NCBI RefSeq assembly: GCF_037042905.1 | Contig: NC_087252.1 | Span: 24,058,001-24,122,000, forward strand | DNA length: 64,000 nucleotides | Source of the DNA: Lytechinus pictus | Taxonomy: Eukaryota | Direction of reading: 5' to 3' | Shown here: positions 1 through 12,631 of the stretch, one piece after another | Position numbering within the stretch: the first letter of the stretch is position 1 | Layout of the letters: each line of letters begins with the position of its first letter | Notes under the pieces: model-generated | What the model was told of the DNA's origin: nothing | The model's input: only the letters and a program-made list of their open reading frames with translations | Databases searched by the model: none | Made by a program: the position numbers and the translations under genes

Positions 1-824
1 GTGTATGCAAATAAGCCGGGGGTATATGCAAATACGCCGTGGGTCGGCAATATGCAAATTAGACATCTTTATTGATTGGAAGTAAATTCTATTCTAAATA
101 AACACAACATCAAAAGTAAATTCCCCCCTAAAGAACCCCATCAAATCATCCAGTATAACAAGTCATTCAAGTTGAAACCAAGCATGGGATATAGCTAGGG
201 TTGTTAGTAAGTGGGGGGTAAAGTTTAAGAAAAACTCATTTACTGCAAGGCATGAAAGGAAAAACAAATATATTATCTTTATTAAAAAAAACTATATTCC
301 TTCAAAAATACTTGTAACATTGACCTAATAGCTTGAATTACAGTTCAATTTTCCTGCTATAAAAAACCCATTTTCTACTTTTCATCAATACAGAAAAGGA
401 AGTATTTTTTAATCCTCAATCAGTCTCATGTCAGTGGCTGTTTACAGGTTCTCAATTACGATGGAACCGATTATTAAATCAACCTCAAGCCTAAAAGTTG
501 CTGACATTTTCCCGACGACAAAATAAACAGTGTGTCAGAGCTGAAAGCCTGACTGGCAGACATAGAAAGGCTGTAACAGTATGCAGTTGGCTTTAAACTT
601 GGCAGCTGAAATTGCGGTTAAACTTGCTAAGTCGACTTTAACAGTGTCAATTATGCTCGATAATAGTTCAAAACATCTTTGCATGTGTTCTAATCCTATA
701 CCATTTATTTTGAGCTTTGTAAGTTTTGGCTAATTACAAACACTTTTTAATATTAAGAGCAATCAAGGTCTTGTTTATAGGTACAGCTGGAAGCTAAAGA
801 GACCATGACAAATGTAGGTGCTAA

Positions 825-988
825 TACCTCTGTCACATTTGCTGTACGGCGGCCATACGGCGAGTCGAAAATCAGCTGTTCTAACAATTTTTTGTAATTG
901 CTACATATATGTGGTTTGAATAAAAATGAATGAAACGGCTGTTCTCGACTCGCCGTACGGCCACCCTAGAGCAAATGTGACTGAGGTA
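825..988. mobile_element. PIF/Harbinger-like MITE (short derivative of the 34927-36831 family)
   Basis: TIR TACCTCTGTCACATTTGCT / AGCAAATGTGACTGAGGTA, flanked by TAA on both sides (822-824, 989-991). Confidence 0.85.
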
Positions 989-2027
989 TAAAGGTACTTT
1001 GAAACAATTCACAAATTTAAATTGTCTGAAACTTAATCCATAATTTTAATAGCAGTTCTCATTTATCAAAAACACTTTTCTTCTTGATCTCTTGATTGCT
1101 ATACAATGTTTCAAAATACTTTAGCTTAAGTTCATTTTTCAATCTCGTTAAAATTTGTGCATTCAGCTAACTAGCTGGAACATATATGTGATAAATGAAT
1201 TGAATTTGTAGTCTTGGAGTGACATGGGAAAGGTAGCAAAAAGAGTGATGTCATTCATCAGTTAACAAATGAGATGAATGTCCTGAAATCTGTGGCACAT
1301 TAGCCCTCGATATCTCCTAAAAGCAGAACAGAGAAAATGTCAAACATACGCAATTAATCAAATCGGACAGGAGGAAGCATTAATGATGTAACTTCTACTG
1401 AATGATGAACCGTAAGATCACTTTGATGAAAGCTGAACTAATAAGCTATGATGCGGCACATTTAATCAAGCTTGGACTGCATTTAGGCTTAAAAGTCTAC
1501 CGTTAAGACACAAAATATTTGTCAATTTCGATTCACAATCATTTGACAGTGTTCCATTTAAGCATTAATATGCAAAGTAGAAAATGGTTATGGAATCCTA
1601 TTAAACATGGTATACCCTTAACACCTGGGTGGCGAGTGGGAACTATAGATTAATGTTTTAATGCTTTATAATTCAACCTCTTATTCCTAATTAAAGCCTT
1701 GGAAAATATCTCTGAAACTCTTTTAACAAAGTATACATGGTCTGAAAATTTTTATTGCATCATCATTTGGTAATTGCTGAAAAAACAATGCTTTAAAAAT
1801 AACAAAATCACTAAAACCCTTAATTTGGCTAAGGATAGAACCTAAACAAATAGTGCAAATAAATTCATGAAGAGATTTTTGTCAGTGATTTTCTCTGACA
1901 ACTTATAAGCTACTGAAAACTCTTGCTTCTGATTGGCTAAGAGCAAATTAATCAGTGAAAATGACTTGCAAGACTCTTCATGAAATGCTCCCCAAAGCAA
2001 ATCAGGCTTCAAAGAATTGACAGTCCA

Positions 2028-2186
2028 GGGGTCCGTGACACAAAGGTTAGTGATCAATCGCTAAATAGTGACAGCCAATCAAAATCATTGTTTCATGCAT
2101 ATTTTGTTAAATCACTGCCCAGAAACCAATCAGAAATGTTCTCTCATACTTCCTATTAATTGCAAAACCTTTGTGTTACTGACCCC
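2028..2186. mobile_element. MITE, same family as 50696-50852
   Basis: GGGGTCCGTGACACAAAGG / CCTTTGTGTTACTGACCCC inverted ends; internal sequence shared with the 50.7-kb copy. Confidence 0.75.
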
Positions 2187-2200
2187 AAGATGAACACTAA

Positions 2201-2547
2201 TAGGCTTTTCACACTACAGAAAATTCCCAGGGTTAAGCTTAGCCGAGTTAGCCGGCTTATTGCGGCGCTAGCACAATTGTGGTGCGAAGAAAGAACGGCA
2301 GTGTGAAACCAAATTGGGCTAAGGAAATGTGGGGCTAAGCATTAGCATTCACAGAAGTCAAAATTGCACATTATTTACGCGCCGTGTGGCAAAACCATCA
2401 ATATTCATGAGCTGTGCAATAGTCCGGGTTAAATTGTTAACCCTGGCTAAGCAAATATAATGGGGTTAAGAAAGACTGTGTGAAACAAAAAAGATAGTAG
2501 GGGTTAAGGAAAGTCCGGGGTTAAGGAAATGCAGTGTGAAAAGCATA
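2201..2547. mobile_element. PIF/Harbinger-like MITE
   Basis: TIR TAGGCTTTTCACACT / AGTGTGAAAAGCATA, TAA duplication (2198-2200, 2548-2550), repeated internal GGGTTAAG/GGGCTAAG motifs. Confidence 0.8.
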
Positions 2548-3349
2548 TAAGTAGTGTGAACCAGCTATATGATGCTGCACATTTAGTTCTCATTCGGAGA
2601 ATGACCCCTATCCACCATGGTGACACCAATGCTAATAGCCTCTGGTGGGCTCTCTGAGGCTAGCTGATTTCCTTAATCATGATGACACATCCAACACTTC
2701 TGTTTTCATTGAGGAACTCGGACTGGTGTTTAATAGTCAACATTTCCTTATTACCGAGTCATTAAAAAGACTATTTCAGATTTAGTATCAATTATCAATG
2801 GAGAGTGACTGTGGAGAATACAGTATACTGAAGGACTTACCGATCCAAGAAATAACTAGCATTTTCCTCAAAATGCACTCTCCTCAAGGATAAGCTCATG
2901 GGTTTGTTTTACAACAACTTGGTACGCTTATACATTATCCAACAAAAGGGAGTACCCCCTCACAAAAAGATCAACTATTCGTTGCATATCATCACCAAAA
3001 GATTTTGTCTTTGTTTATTTGTTCATATATTATGACCAAGAAGCATCCGTTCTTAATAGGGGTGTATACATGTACAAAGTTATGCTATTAAGCAACATAT
3101 CCATGAGGGATGTACTCAATTCTGTTGGATACAGGTGTTGCGCATAATGCCGAACTGTCCAAGACCAAGGCCAAGTGTCCAAACATTTTAGACCTCAAAG
3201 GCCAAGACATCAGAGATCAAGGACAAAGTTTAAGGCCACATCATTGTCCTTGAAGCCAAAGCCAGCCTCGAGGAAAACAATAGCTTGCAATAACACATTG
3301 ATGTCTTTGACAAAATATCTCAAAGATGCAGTAGAGGCATTGTACTTAC

Positions 3350-3775
3350 CTACACAGCTCCTCTGGTCTGTACCAAGTCTATAACCTGGTGGACAGATAC
3401 ACTGGACCTGACCGTTGCTTCCGACCTGACATCTATAGTCACACCCCCTGGACCTACAGCTGTAGGACGATGACGATGAAGGGTTCTGTCTGGACAGTAT
3501 CTGCTGGTAGGAGATCACCCCAGTCCTGGGACTGTTCAGGGCGGAGGTCTGGACTGATCCTCTACCGATGTTCTGCCTGATGACCTGGCCGGTGGTGTGG
3601 ATGGACGTCCTGGAGGGGATCTGTCCAGTGGTGTGGACGACTGTCCGGCTACCGCCAGTGTTAGTGGGGTTTTGATTGCCACCGTTCTGCCGGGGTGTCT
3701 GGTAGCCAGAGACGTACCTAGGTGCGCTGATTGTAGTCCTTCTAACAAGCTGCCAGTTGCCTGTGTAGGATTGCC
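3350..3775 (-). CDS. VWCE: Coding exon (426 nt), S/T/Q/R/G-rich linker plus EGF-like domain CRSRGCDYRCQVGSNGQVQCICPPGYRLGTDQRSCV
   Basis: Strong polypyrimidine acceptor ttcttcttcttttttgcag|GGCAA, donor GTAG|gtaagt. Open for 142 codons, phase 1-1. The C-x-CPPGYRL-x-x-D-x-RSC ending is typical of modules preceding a DIDEC cbEGF exon. Confidence 0.92.
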
Positions 3776-4078
3776 CTGCAAAAAGAAGAAGAAGAAAATA
3801 GTTTTTGTTACAAATGCAACATGATTGTAAATGAAGCAGCAGAAACGCCTATATAATTCTATGATCAAGTTAAAGTTATCAATCTGAAGTAATTACCAAA
3901 ATGCAATATGTATAACAAAAGTTTTCATTTATTCATATTTTGTTACTTCTGTCAGGGAAAGACTTTGAAATACATAAGCATTTAACACAAGTGAGAATAT
4001 TCAAGAATAGTGGAAGGATCACAGAAAAGTTACAAAGAACTTATAAATAAAAGAAGACAAACCCAATAAAATAACCAT

Positions 4079-5096
4079 AACAAGTGGAACGCCTCTGGCA
4101 GTCTCGCCTGCATTACGCAATTTAATATAGCAGCAGTGCTAACTTTGAAAACTACTATAAAATAATCATTAACAAAAACATCATTCATATAATGACATAA
4201 TACCACGTTCATTGACCATAAATGACATTTGAACAGAGACTTAAGACTGTCAACTACACCCATGTCCACATTTCATTCACTCTATCCATAAACTTTCAAA
4301 GTTATGATGGCACTTCAACAATTACCCCAACATGGCCTAAGTTTATTGACCTTAACTGACCTTTGACTTGGTTTTGTGACCTGAAACTCACAGGGGATGT
4401 TCAGTGATGCTTGATTACTCTTATGTCCAAGTTTTATGAACTAGATCCATAAACTTTCAGAGTTAGGATGTTAATTTAACATATACCCCCAACACGGCCA
4501 AAGTTCATTGACCTTAAATGACCATTGACCATGGTCATCAGGTCATGTGACCTGAAACTCGCACAGGATATTCAGTGGTACTTGATTAACCTAATGTGTA
4601 AGTTTCATGAACTAAATCCATAAATTTTCAAAGTTATGATGGTAATTCAACAAATACCCCCAACTTGACCAAAGTTCATTGACCCTAAATGACCTTTGAC
4701 CTTGGTCACGTGACCTGAAACTCAAGCAGGATGTTCACTAATACTTGATTAACCGTATGCCCAAGTTTCATGAACTAGGTCCATATACTTTCTAAGTTAT
4801 GATGTCATTTCAAAAACTTAACCTTCGGTTAAGATTTTGAAAATAATTTTCCCAACATGGTCTAAGTTCATTGACCCTAAATGACCTTTGACCTTGGTCA
4901 TGTGACCTGAAACTCAGGCAGAATGTTCATTAATACTTGATTAACCTTATGTCCAAGTTTCATGAACTAGGTCCATATACTTTCTAAGTTATGATGTCAT
5001 TTCAAAAACTTAACCTTAGGTTAAGATTTGATGTTGACGCCGCCGCCGTCGGAAAAGCGGCGCCTATAGTCTCGCTCTGCTATGCAGGCGAGACAA
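4079..5096 (-). mobile_element. HINE/DINE-1-like non-autonomous Helentron with internal ~163-bp tandem array (copy 1)
   Basis: On the minus strand: T-run, subTIR GTCTCGCCTGC, adjacent partial inverted copy, (CGG)n microsatellite, tandem core units, second subTIR, short GCC-AGA-GGC hairpin, TT end. Two more copies in the window. Confidence 0.8.
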
Positions 5097-5491
5097 AAAA
5101 GTGGGACTAAATATCAAAATCTTCTATTTTCTTGATGCATTTGAAGGGTTCTTGCCACATTTTAAAGAAAAAAAATACCATTAAAAGCAGAATTGTGATT
5201 GGGATACAAATAACTTTATGTCACTATTAGTGGAGTAGGATGCAAAGTAAATACACTATGAAAGGGCATTTTCAAATGATTATAACTGTAAATGATGTAT
5301 GGTACCAAAATTAGGATGGTGTAAAGGGGAGTATGAGTGTGGGCTGCATGGCGAATGATGCCATCGTGCAAGTGACCTATATGAAGGTGTGAAGGGGGCA
5401 CTGGGGAGGGGGTGGGTCGTTATTATGACCTCTTCTTTTCGCTGAGTAACAAGGACTGATGAGAGATTCTTGTCTCATCTAAAATGTATAT

Positions 5492-5746
5492 GAACTCGTC
5501 GCACGGCTGACAGAAGGGCGTAAATTTCTCGCCAAGCAGATGGGTGCACACACTAAATCCCATCTAACCTATAAAACATTAACTTATTTCAGACCAAACT
5601 TAAATGAATGAATAAAGGAATGAAATGGAACATGCATAGTAAATTTGGTCTGAAATAAGATATTTTATAGGTAAGATGGGATTGAATGCGTGCGCCCTTC
5701 TGTTTGGCAAACATTTGCGCCCTTCTGCCAGCCGTGCCATGAACTA
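5492..5746. mobile_element. Foldback MITE with ~110-bp imperfect arms
   Basis: GCACGGCTGACAGAAGGGCG..CTTATTTCAGACCAAA mirrored by TTTGGTCTGAAATAAG..CGCCCTTCTGCCAGCCGTGC. Confidence 0.75.
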
Positions 5747-6014
5747 GGCCCTTATTGCATACACTCATTAAGAACCAAAAATTACCATCATCATGATTTT
5801 TGTTGTTATTGCTGTTATTATTGTCATTATTTTTACGACTTATACTGGTCTTTTCCCATTAAGCCCAAAGTGCTGACAATGAATTACTAGTAGTTGATAT
5901 CTTCAAACTATGAAAAAAAAGATGAGATTTTAATGTTTTTTTCTGAACATCGCTACAGATGGGGACTGTCTTATGGCAAGACTCAAACCATTCCAATATT
6001 TTAAAGTCGAATCA

Positions 6015-6270
6015 GTGTTAAACTTACATTGGTAGTCCATGGGTTAAGAAAAATAATAATTTCATTCCATTACCATGTAAAGTGTTTAACCAATCAAGTT
6101 TTAGTATTCAATGAGTTAAATGGAGGAAATGATTATTCTGGTGTTAAACTCACATTGGTAGCCCACGGGTTAAACGAAGAACAGTCATTTCATTCCATTG
6201 CCATGTAAAGTGTTCAACCAATCAAGTTTAGTTTTTAATGAGTTAAATGAGGGGAAACTATTTTTCTGGT
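6015..6270. repeat. Two-copy direct tandem duplication, ~126-bp unit
   Basis: GTGTTAAACT(T/C)ACATTGGTAG starts at 6015 and 6141 with colinear similarity. Confidence 0.85.
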
Positions 6271-7332
6271 CTAGATTAAAAGCGAAGGAGGGGACCTTTC
6301 GAAGGCAACGTCTGTAAAGGAAGTCATAATAACTTCCTCAATTGAATGCCAATCAAGGGTACACAGCTACTTGTAATAATCATGAAAGAAACATGATGTC
6401 ATATTATGTGAAAGTCTGAGTGCACTATCATTGAAAAAAAAATCTGTACTTGGGTGATGCTTCAAAAAGTTGTTTGAAAGTTTGAATGTATGACTTTCAC
6501 ATGACTGATGACCCTTCATTGGGTCACCAGTCAAAAGAAATATTGACATATGAAAATTTTTCCACATGCACGTCATCAATCCAGCGTTACACCAAAACCG
6601 AATACACATATTCAGATGGATTTGCAGCTGATTCCATTCCGGTTTAATCCGGCCTTCAGAGTAAAATTGCAAGAATGAACAGAATGATAGAATGAAAATG
6701 TAAAATTAACCAAAAAAGAACATGGAGTCTAAATGAAAATTGTGCTAAAGGAGAATTTCTGAAAAGAAAGTAAAAATTGGTTTACATTGTGTATCTTCTG
6801 TATACCGTGTTCTTTCTGACACGCTTTTATAGAGGAGAAAACTATTTCTGATATTATTCTGTGACAGTTATCAATTATTTGAATGTCGTATGAGCTGATA
6901 TTCGAACTTATACTGTGGGGGATTTCTATCATAATTGGCAATCCATAGTTAAAATCAAACTTTTAGGCCAGGGTTTGAATTAAACCCAAGTTCCGAATAC
7001 AGGCCGTGAAGTTCAAATATTTTGAAGTGCTGATACCCAGATATCCTGTATGCCAAAATCATTGAAGCAAACTTCCAGAAAAGAGGAAAAATAAGTTTGG
7101 TGGACAGTTTGCAAAGATCAACACAAAACACATGCGTAAACATAATTTTTCCAGTAAGTCAGAAAAACATTTTGGTTTTTATTCAACATAAATGTAAATT
7201 TGTTATCATTATCACCACTTTAATCATCATCATCATTATCATCAATATGACTATCACTATCAATGGGGAACAAATCTTACTATTCACAACCAAAATACGG
7301 ACTGTCATCACACTTGATATCAATTTTTTTAA

Positions 7333-7770
7333 AGGTCAAGTCCGCCCTAGAAAAATTTTGATTTGAATAAATATGCAAAAATCAAACAAGCATAATGTTG
7401 AAAATTTCATCACAATCGGATGAAAAATAAAAAAGTTAAAAAGTTTTGCTTATTTTTCACAAAATAGTGATATGCACAACTCAGGGGCATGCAAATGAAA
7501 CAGACGATGATATCCCTCACACACAATTTCTTTTGTTTTTTAATTGTTTGAATTATAAAATATTTCATGTTTTACAGAATTGACAATAAAGTCTCCTAAT
7601 TTGCATACCGACCAGGATGTGCATATAACTGTTTTGCGAAATTAAGCGAAATTTTAAATTGTCATAACTTTCTTATGTTACATCCGATTTTGATGAAATT
7701 TTCAGTGTTATGCTTGATGGATTTTTCTCTTTTTATTAAAATCATCTTTTTGCTAAGGTGGACTTGTCCT
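7333..7770. mobile_element. TTAA-targeting MITE (Kolobok-like), family C
   Basis: TTAA|AGGTCAAGTCC ... GGACTTGTCCT|TTAA with long internal inverted arms; second copy at 30044-30561. Confidence 0.85.
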
Positions 7771-8619
7771 TTAAGTCATCTCCAATTCTTCTCCACAAGA
7801 GATCTTGTGGTTGGTTTATCTACATCCAAAATGTGAACTTTATCACGTTCATCGGTGCCTTGTGAGGAAACAATCACCACTACCGTGAAACAATAGCGAT
7901 GTTCACGCGAAAGCAGGAGACATCGGCCTGTATTCTGCACTCTGGTTCAAACTTAAAAGCACATTACTCAGCCCCACACAAACTGGGGGACTTGCAACTA
8001 CTCTGAAACAGTTGTGATATTGATATTCACACTAAAATCTGCTAAAATGGGAAATTAAAGCTTCACCAGTAAAGAGGATTTACACCAAGCATTTCACACC
8101 AGTGTAAGATTGACATTCATAATATTACTTCAACCCCCCCCCCCTACCCATTGATCCAATTATAACACATTCAAAATAACTCACTTTTATAATATGTACT
8201 CATTCATTCCAGCTAGACAAGGTCGTAAAAGAACCAAAACCCTAATTCTTCCCCTGCCGATTGAACCCTTTAACACGAAAATGCAGTTTAATGCCAAAAT
8301 TGAAACGCTTCGATCAGAGAGTGCGAATGGCCTTTCAACTGAACTTGAACTTTACTGAGGACCACAAGCAGTATCCAAAAATACTAAACCATCTCAACTT
8401 TATGATAATAAAATAATTTGTTTTCGACTTGATTTGTAGTCAAACATATGAAATGCAATGATTTTCATTGGTTTATATCCAGTGGATGAGAAACCGAGTA
8501 TTCTTTGGGTTGGTAACCACAGACAAATCTAATCAAACTTGACACCCACAAAGTCTCTTCTTCAAACAGACAAAAAAAAATAAGAAAAATGTACGAAGAC
8601 TGTTATTATACGATGCAAT

Positions 8620-8870
8620 GGAGCATTTGTGGCCTGGTGAATTAGTCTCCAGACTCTGAAATAGGAGGTTGTGGGTTCGAATCCAAGCCATGGCTCAATT
8701 TCCTTTAGAGAAAGAAATCGAAGTAAAAGGGTAACGACATGAAATAATTGATCAAAAAAACTGTGAGCACTAGAATCGGAAGCCTAATTTAGCTGGGGTA
8801 ATATACTTCTATAGGCGCACCTTGATTACCCAACATCATCATCATCATTATTGTTGTTATTGTTGTTAAT
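8620..8870 (+). mobile_element. Degenerate tRNA-derived SINE (family S2)
   Basis: Head GGAGCATTTGTGGCCTGGTGAATTAG..GGGTTCGAATCC matches the S2 copies; simple-repeat tail. Confidence 0.65.
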
Positions 8871-9284
8871 ATTACAAAATGTTGTTTGCAACATACAGCT
8901 GACAGTAAACTTGTAAAACTATTAATCCTTCATAGCCACGTAAGCCATAGACAAGCCAAAGACATATATTTTGTATGGACACCTGGGTCTAGTCTACAAA
9001 CATCAAAGCAGCAACTTAAGGTAGAAATGGGTCTGCCCTGGCAGACTACAGATTCTTCCATCATCTATTCTGTGTGTATAAACGGATCTAGTGTTAAAAC
9101 CAGTCATTATTGTGCTAAGTCTTTTGATTCTTCTTTTCTCTTGTCGCCCATTCATCCCTTCATTTCCTTTCCAGTCATCGGAACCCTGATGAAGGCTTCC
9201 TGAGTGCAGGCTAGTTCAAGTGTAAATCAAAGACAGTAACTCTTTTCACACACGTGGCTTTTTTTCTAATTTTTCTGGTGGCGG

Positions 9285-9502
9285 TGATTGTTGTTGCTGC
9301 TATAGTTGTTGTAGTTGTAGTTGTTATCACAGTTGCTGTTGTAATTGCTGCTCCTTTAGTTGTTGTAGTCATTGTTGTTGCTGTTGACATTGTTGCTGTT
9401 CGGGTTGTTGTTGCTGCCCGTTATTGTCCTTGTTGTGGTTATTGTTGCTGTTGCGGATGTTATTTCTGTTCTTGTTAGTACTGTTGTTGTTGTTTGTTTG
9501 TT
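9285..9502. repeat. Degenerate (GTT/GCT/GTA)n trinucleotide microsatellite
   Basis: Runs of gttgttgct/gttgta; source of the poly-Val/Leu/Asn pseudo-ORFs. Confidence 0.9.
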
Positions 9503-12136
9503 GTGGGTATTTTCCACAACAAATGAATCTCCTAAGTATTCTCTCAGTGGGTCTGTCACAATGTTGCTGAGCCGCGAGGTACTATTATCTAGAATACCGG
9601 TGTTGGACACTGGCAGTAGACAATAGTGCCTGTAATTATGGTAGTGGTTATTTTAACTCACTGCCAATTTGACAAGAGTGCATTAAAATGCTTCAAGGTA
9701 AGCAACCAGAGGACCAAGAGCTTATATTCCTCTGTGAGAGACCAGGTAATGAGGATCAATGCTTTCCAACGATCAAATACTGCCAAACCAATCTACTGCC
9801 ATTGTAATATCCTAAGTTTGGGTGGTTAACCCTTGTATAAAACAGTGCTTCAGTGCATTTGAGATGAATGACCAAGAAATGTACAATTTAATTCATGGGA
9901 TCTTACTGATGATGATATTGGCAATATTATTGTCAGTATCATCATCAGTATCAGGCTTAAGATCCCATATGAAAGCCCTCAGATTTGCTTCCAGCTTGTA
10001 CTCATTTGCACTTTGCCTGCTTTAACCCGTCATATCAAAGATTTAATATTTTCAAAGGAGAACTTCAACCTGATATTTCCATGTGACTTCTAGACTAGTC
10101 TAAACTGAAAGTACCAAAGTCTGTGATTAACATTGAAAACAGCTCTAACTATTAATCACCATGAGTTGTGTTTAAGAATAAAGACATCTACAATAATCAC
10201 ATATTGTATCCATATACATGTATAATGCAATCCTTTCATTCAAGAAAACTATTTTTATTATTATCTTATTGAGCAAATAAATAGGAAGAGAAATGTAAAG
10301 ATATGAAATTACAAATAATGCACAGGTATTATCAATATATCATATCAAACTTCCAGTGGGCCACCTGAAATTTTCAAGATGTAAGTTATTGTTATATATA
10401 AGTTAGTTGAATCATGCGATTCAATTAGTTTTTCTAGAGCAAATATTCCTATAATATGTTACAACGAGCAAAAACATGATTTTCTGTTTGGACATAGAGG
10501 CATTGGTCAACATTACAAGGGTTGTTGTAAACAAAATTTTAAAATTATGTGTATTAGTATGTATTTAAAAACACTGAGGAAGAAAGAAATCAAATGTGTA
10601 TAGACACTGAAAAATCATCCCTTAATTTCTATGAGGGACAATAATTGTAACATAAGTACAGGGAATCAGGAATGGTAAATTCAATTATTTGTACAGTTCT
10701 AATTTTTGAGGTGCTAAATATTGATTCGCAGGTGCAATTCCTTTCGGGACTTCATTTTGTAAACTTATCACAGACACAGTGAACTCGTACCTCACAGTTT
10801 CAATTTGCCAAATCAATGTTATCCTATGTCTTGGAACTAGATTCGGTGCAATTCAATTCAATTCTTTTGAAATAGGACAGACTTCCTAGTCATGTTCTTG
10901 TTATAACCAAAATGTTCTTGATAAGCAATTAAAGATTAAATGCCCAGAACATACTTTCTACATGAACAGGTTGAGTTCCCCCACATGGATGTCTGCATAA
11001 CCCACAGCGTCTATCCCAGCATGCTCCAGCTACAGAGCCCTGCCGACCTGCTGGGAGCAACCTTTCCTCACATGCACCTTGTTCTTTAGCTCACAGTGAC
11101 AAGGCTGTACTATAAACATAAAACTGATGTTGTATGGGTTGGAGGTGGAAAATAGATGGATTTAAGATGAATACTGTGGGATAGTTTAGAAAAAAAAATC
11201 AATCTTAAATCTTTCTTAAAGAAAGGGGAGCAAAGAGCACATTGTGCAAAAATTCAGGAACCATTTTGAAAGGAAATGTTGATCATATCCACCATAGTTT
11301 GGTTTCTTTGCATTCATGCCACAAACAGGCATCATGGCATGCATCTGTAATCCAGGCTCTGTGGGGAAGATACGGGCTGATGCAGAGGTTTGAGGTTCGA
11401 GCCCTGGTCACGTCTATCGGATGATGACGTAAACAATCATATCTGAGTCAATAAAATCTGAGTGATACACATCTGTAAGAAACTCAGAACAAACACACAT
11501 TTGCACTAAGCACTGCACAGTAATGCATGCTTTGGTTGCCAGGCCCAGGAGGCACTGTAATTAGAATATTAGCAATATGGATTTCCAAAATGAACCATTA
11601 TGTAATCATCCACCCACCTCAGAGCACTGTAAACAATCTTTTTCATATATTCCCCATCTAAGATAATACCTCAATTATTCAGTTTTCATGACACCTTTTC
11701 ATGTATCCAGAGTTGGAATTTTGATACCCTTCCACTGTAAATGTTTTGTGTACAAGCACGATTTCTACATTCCTATGAAAATAGCCCCCTCTCTCCTACT
11801 AATCAGATACACAATGTACACACATAACAATAACTTTGTTAATGAGTTTCGGTTTATGATATTGGTTGAACGGTATGAAGAACCTTATTTTCCAAGCGTT
11901 TATGCCTTCTCCACTCCCTGGGGGGAATTCTTACTACAAACTGAAATCTATATCCTTGACGTTTGAATATAACTTAAGATGAGTTTGCATGGAGGAACAG
12001 CAAACACTATGCATGCAAGTTTATTTCATCAAAGGTAACTTATATAGTGTATAGATGGAACCCTGTCCAAATGGAGTAACATTTAATGATGAGTATGATT
12101 GTGAAACATGTCCCTGTCAACTAAACCCTTATGATG

Positions 12137-12440
12137 AAAATCCATATTTTATTGTTCGAAATAGACATGAAATGAAATAATCTGAAAATTTGCTTTGCCC
12201 ATGGACCTATTACGATTATTATTTCGTAATAGGTCCATGCTTTGCCCAATTGATCGTGGGCCCGGCAGCCGCTGTGCAGGGCCAGATCGATGAGGCTCTA
12301 TCCTTTTAATTGTTGAATGCTTAACAGGGTAGCAGCAACTCCCATCTTTTAACGTGTTTTGGTCTGACGAAGCCGGGGTTCGAACCCCTGACCTCCCTGT
12401 TGTGAGACCACCGCTCTACCAACTGAGCCAACACATCGGT
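12137..12440 (-). mobile_element. tRNA-derived SINE (family S1), interrupted by a 40-bp palindrome
   Basis: A box TGGCTCAGTTGG and B box GGTTCGAACC on the minus strand. Colinear with 23030-23287 except for a 47-bp insertion. Confidence 0.85.
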
Positions 12441-12485
12441 CCAAATTATATTGCGCAATCATACCTCCAAAAAAGATAAAGGCCA

Positions 12486-12631
12486 GGGGTCTGTTTGATA
12501 AAACTTTTTATAATAACAAATTTGCAATAACAGTTAAAATCTACAGAAATCATTCAATCTGATTGGCTGAGAGTAAATTTGTTATAGAATTGTGCATTAT
12601 TTGTTGTCATAAGTCTTCATGAAATGGGCCC
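12486..12631. mobile_element. Short MITE with internal CCAAT (related copies 31608-31733, ~1860-1993, ~28860-28997)
   Basis: GGGGTCTGTTTGATAAAACT / AGTCTTCATGAAATGGGCCC ends; inverted homologue at 31608-31733. Confidence 0.65.

Noticed and set aside
2836..2890. Minus-strand donor-like G|gtaagt as the next exon of the EGF gene
   Set aside because: No convincing acceptor and no cbEGF (DIDEC-type) coding sequence.
3536..3868. 110-aa ORF overlapping the exon; likewise 27248-27463 and 42655-43005
   Set aside because: Wrong reading frames of real exons; splice phases and Cys motifs identify the other frame.
9254..9626. Hydrophobic ORFs resembling signal or transmembrane peptides
   Set aside because: They are translations of a GTT/GCT microsatellite, open in several frames.
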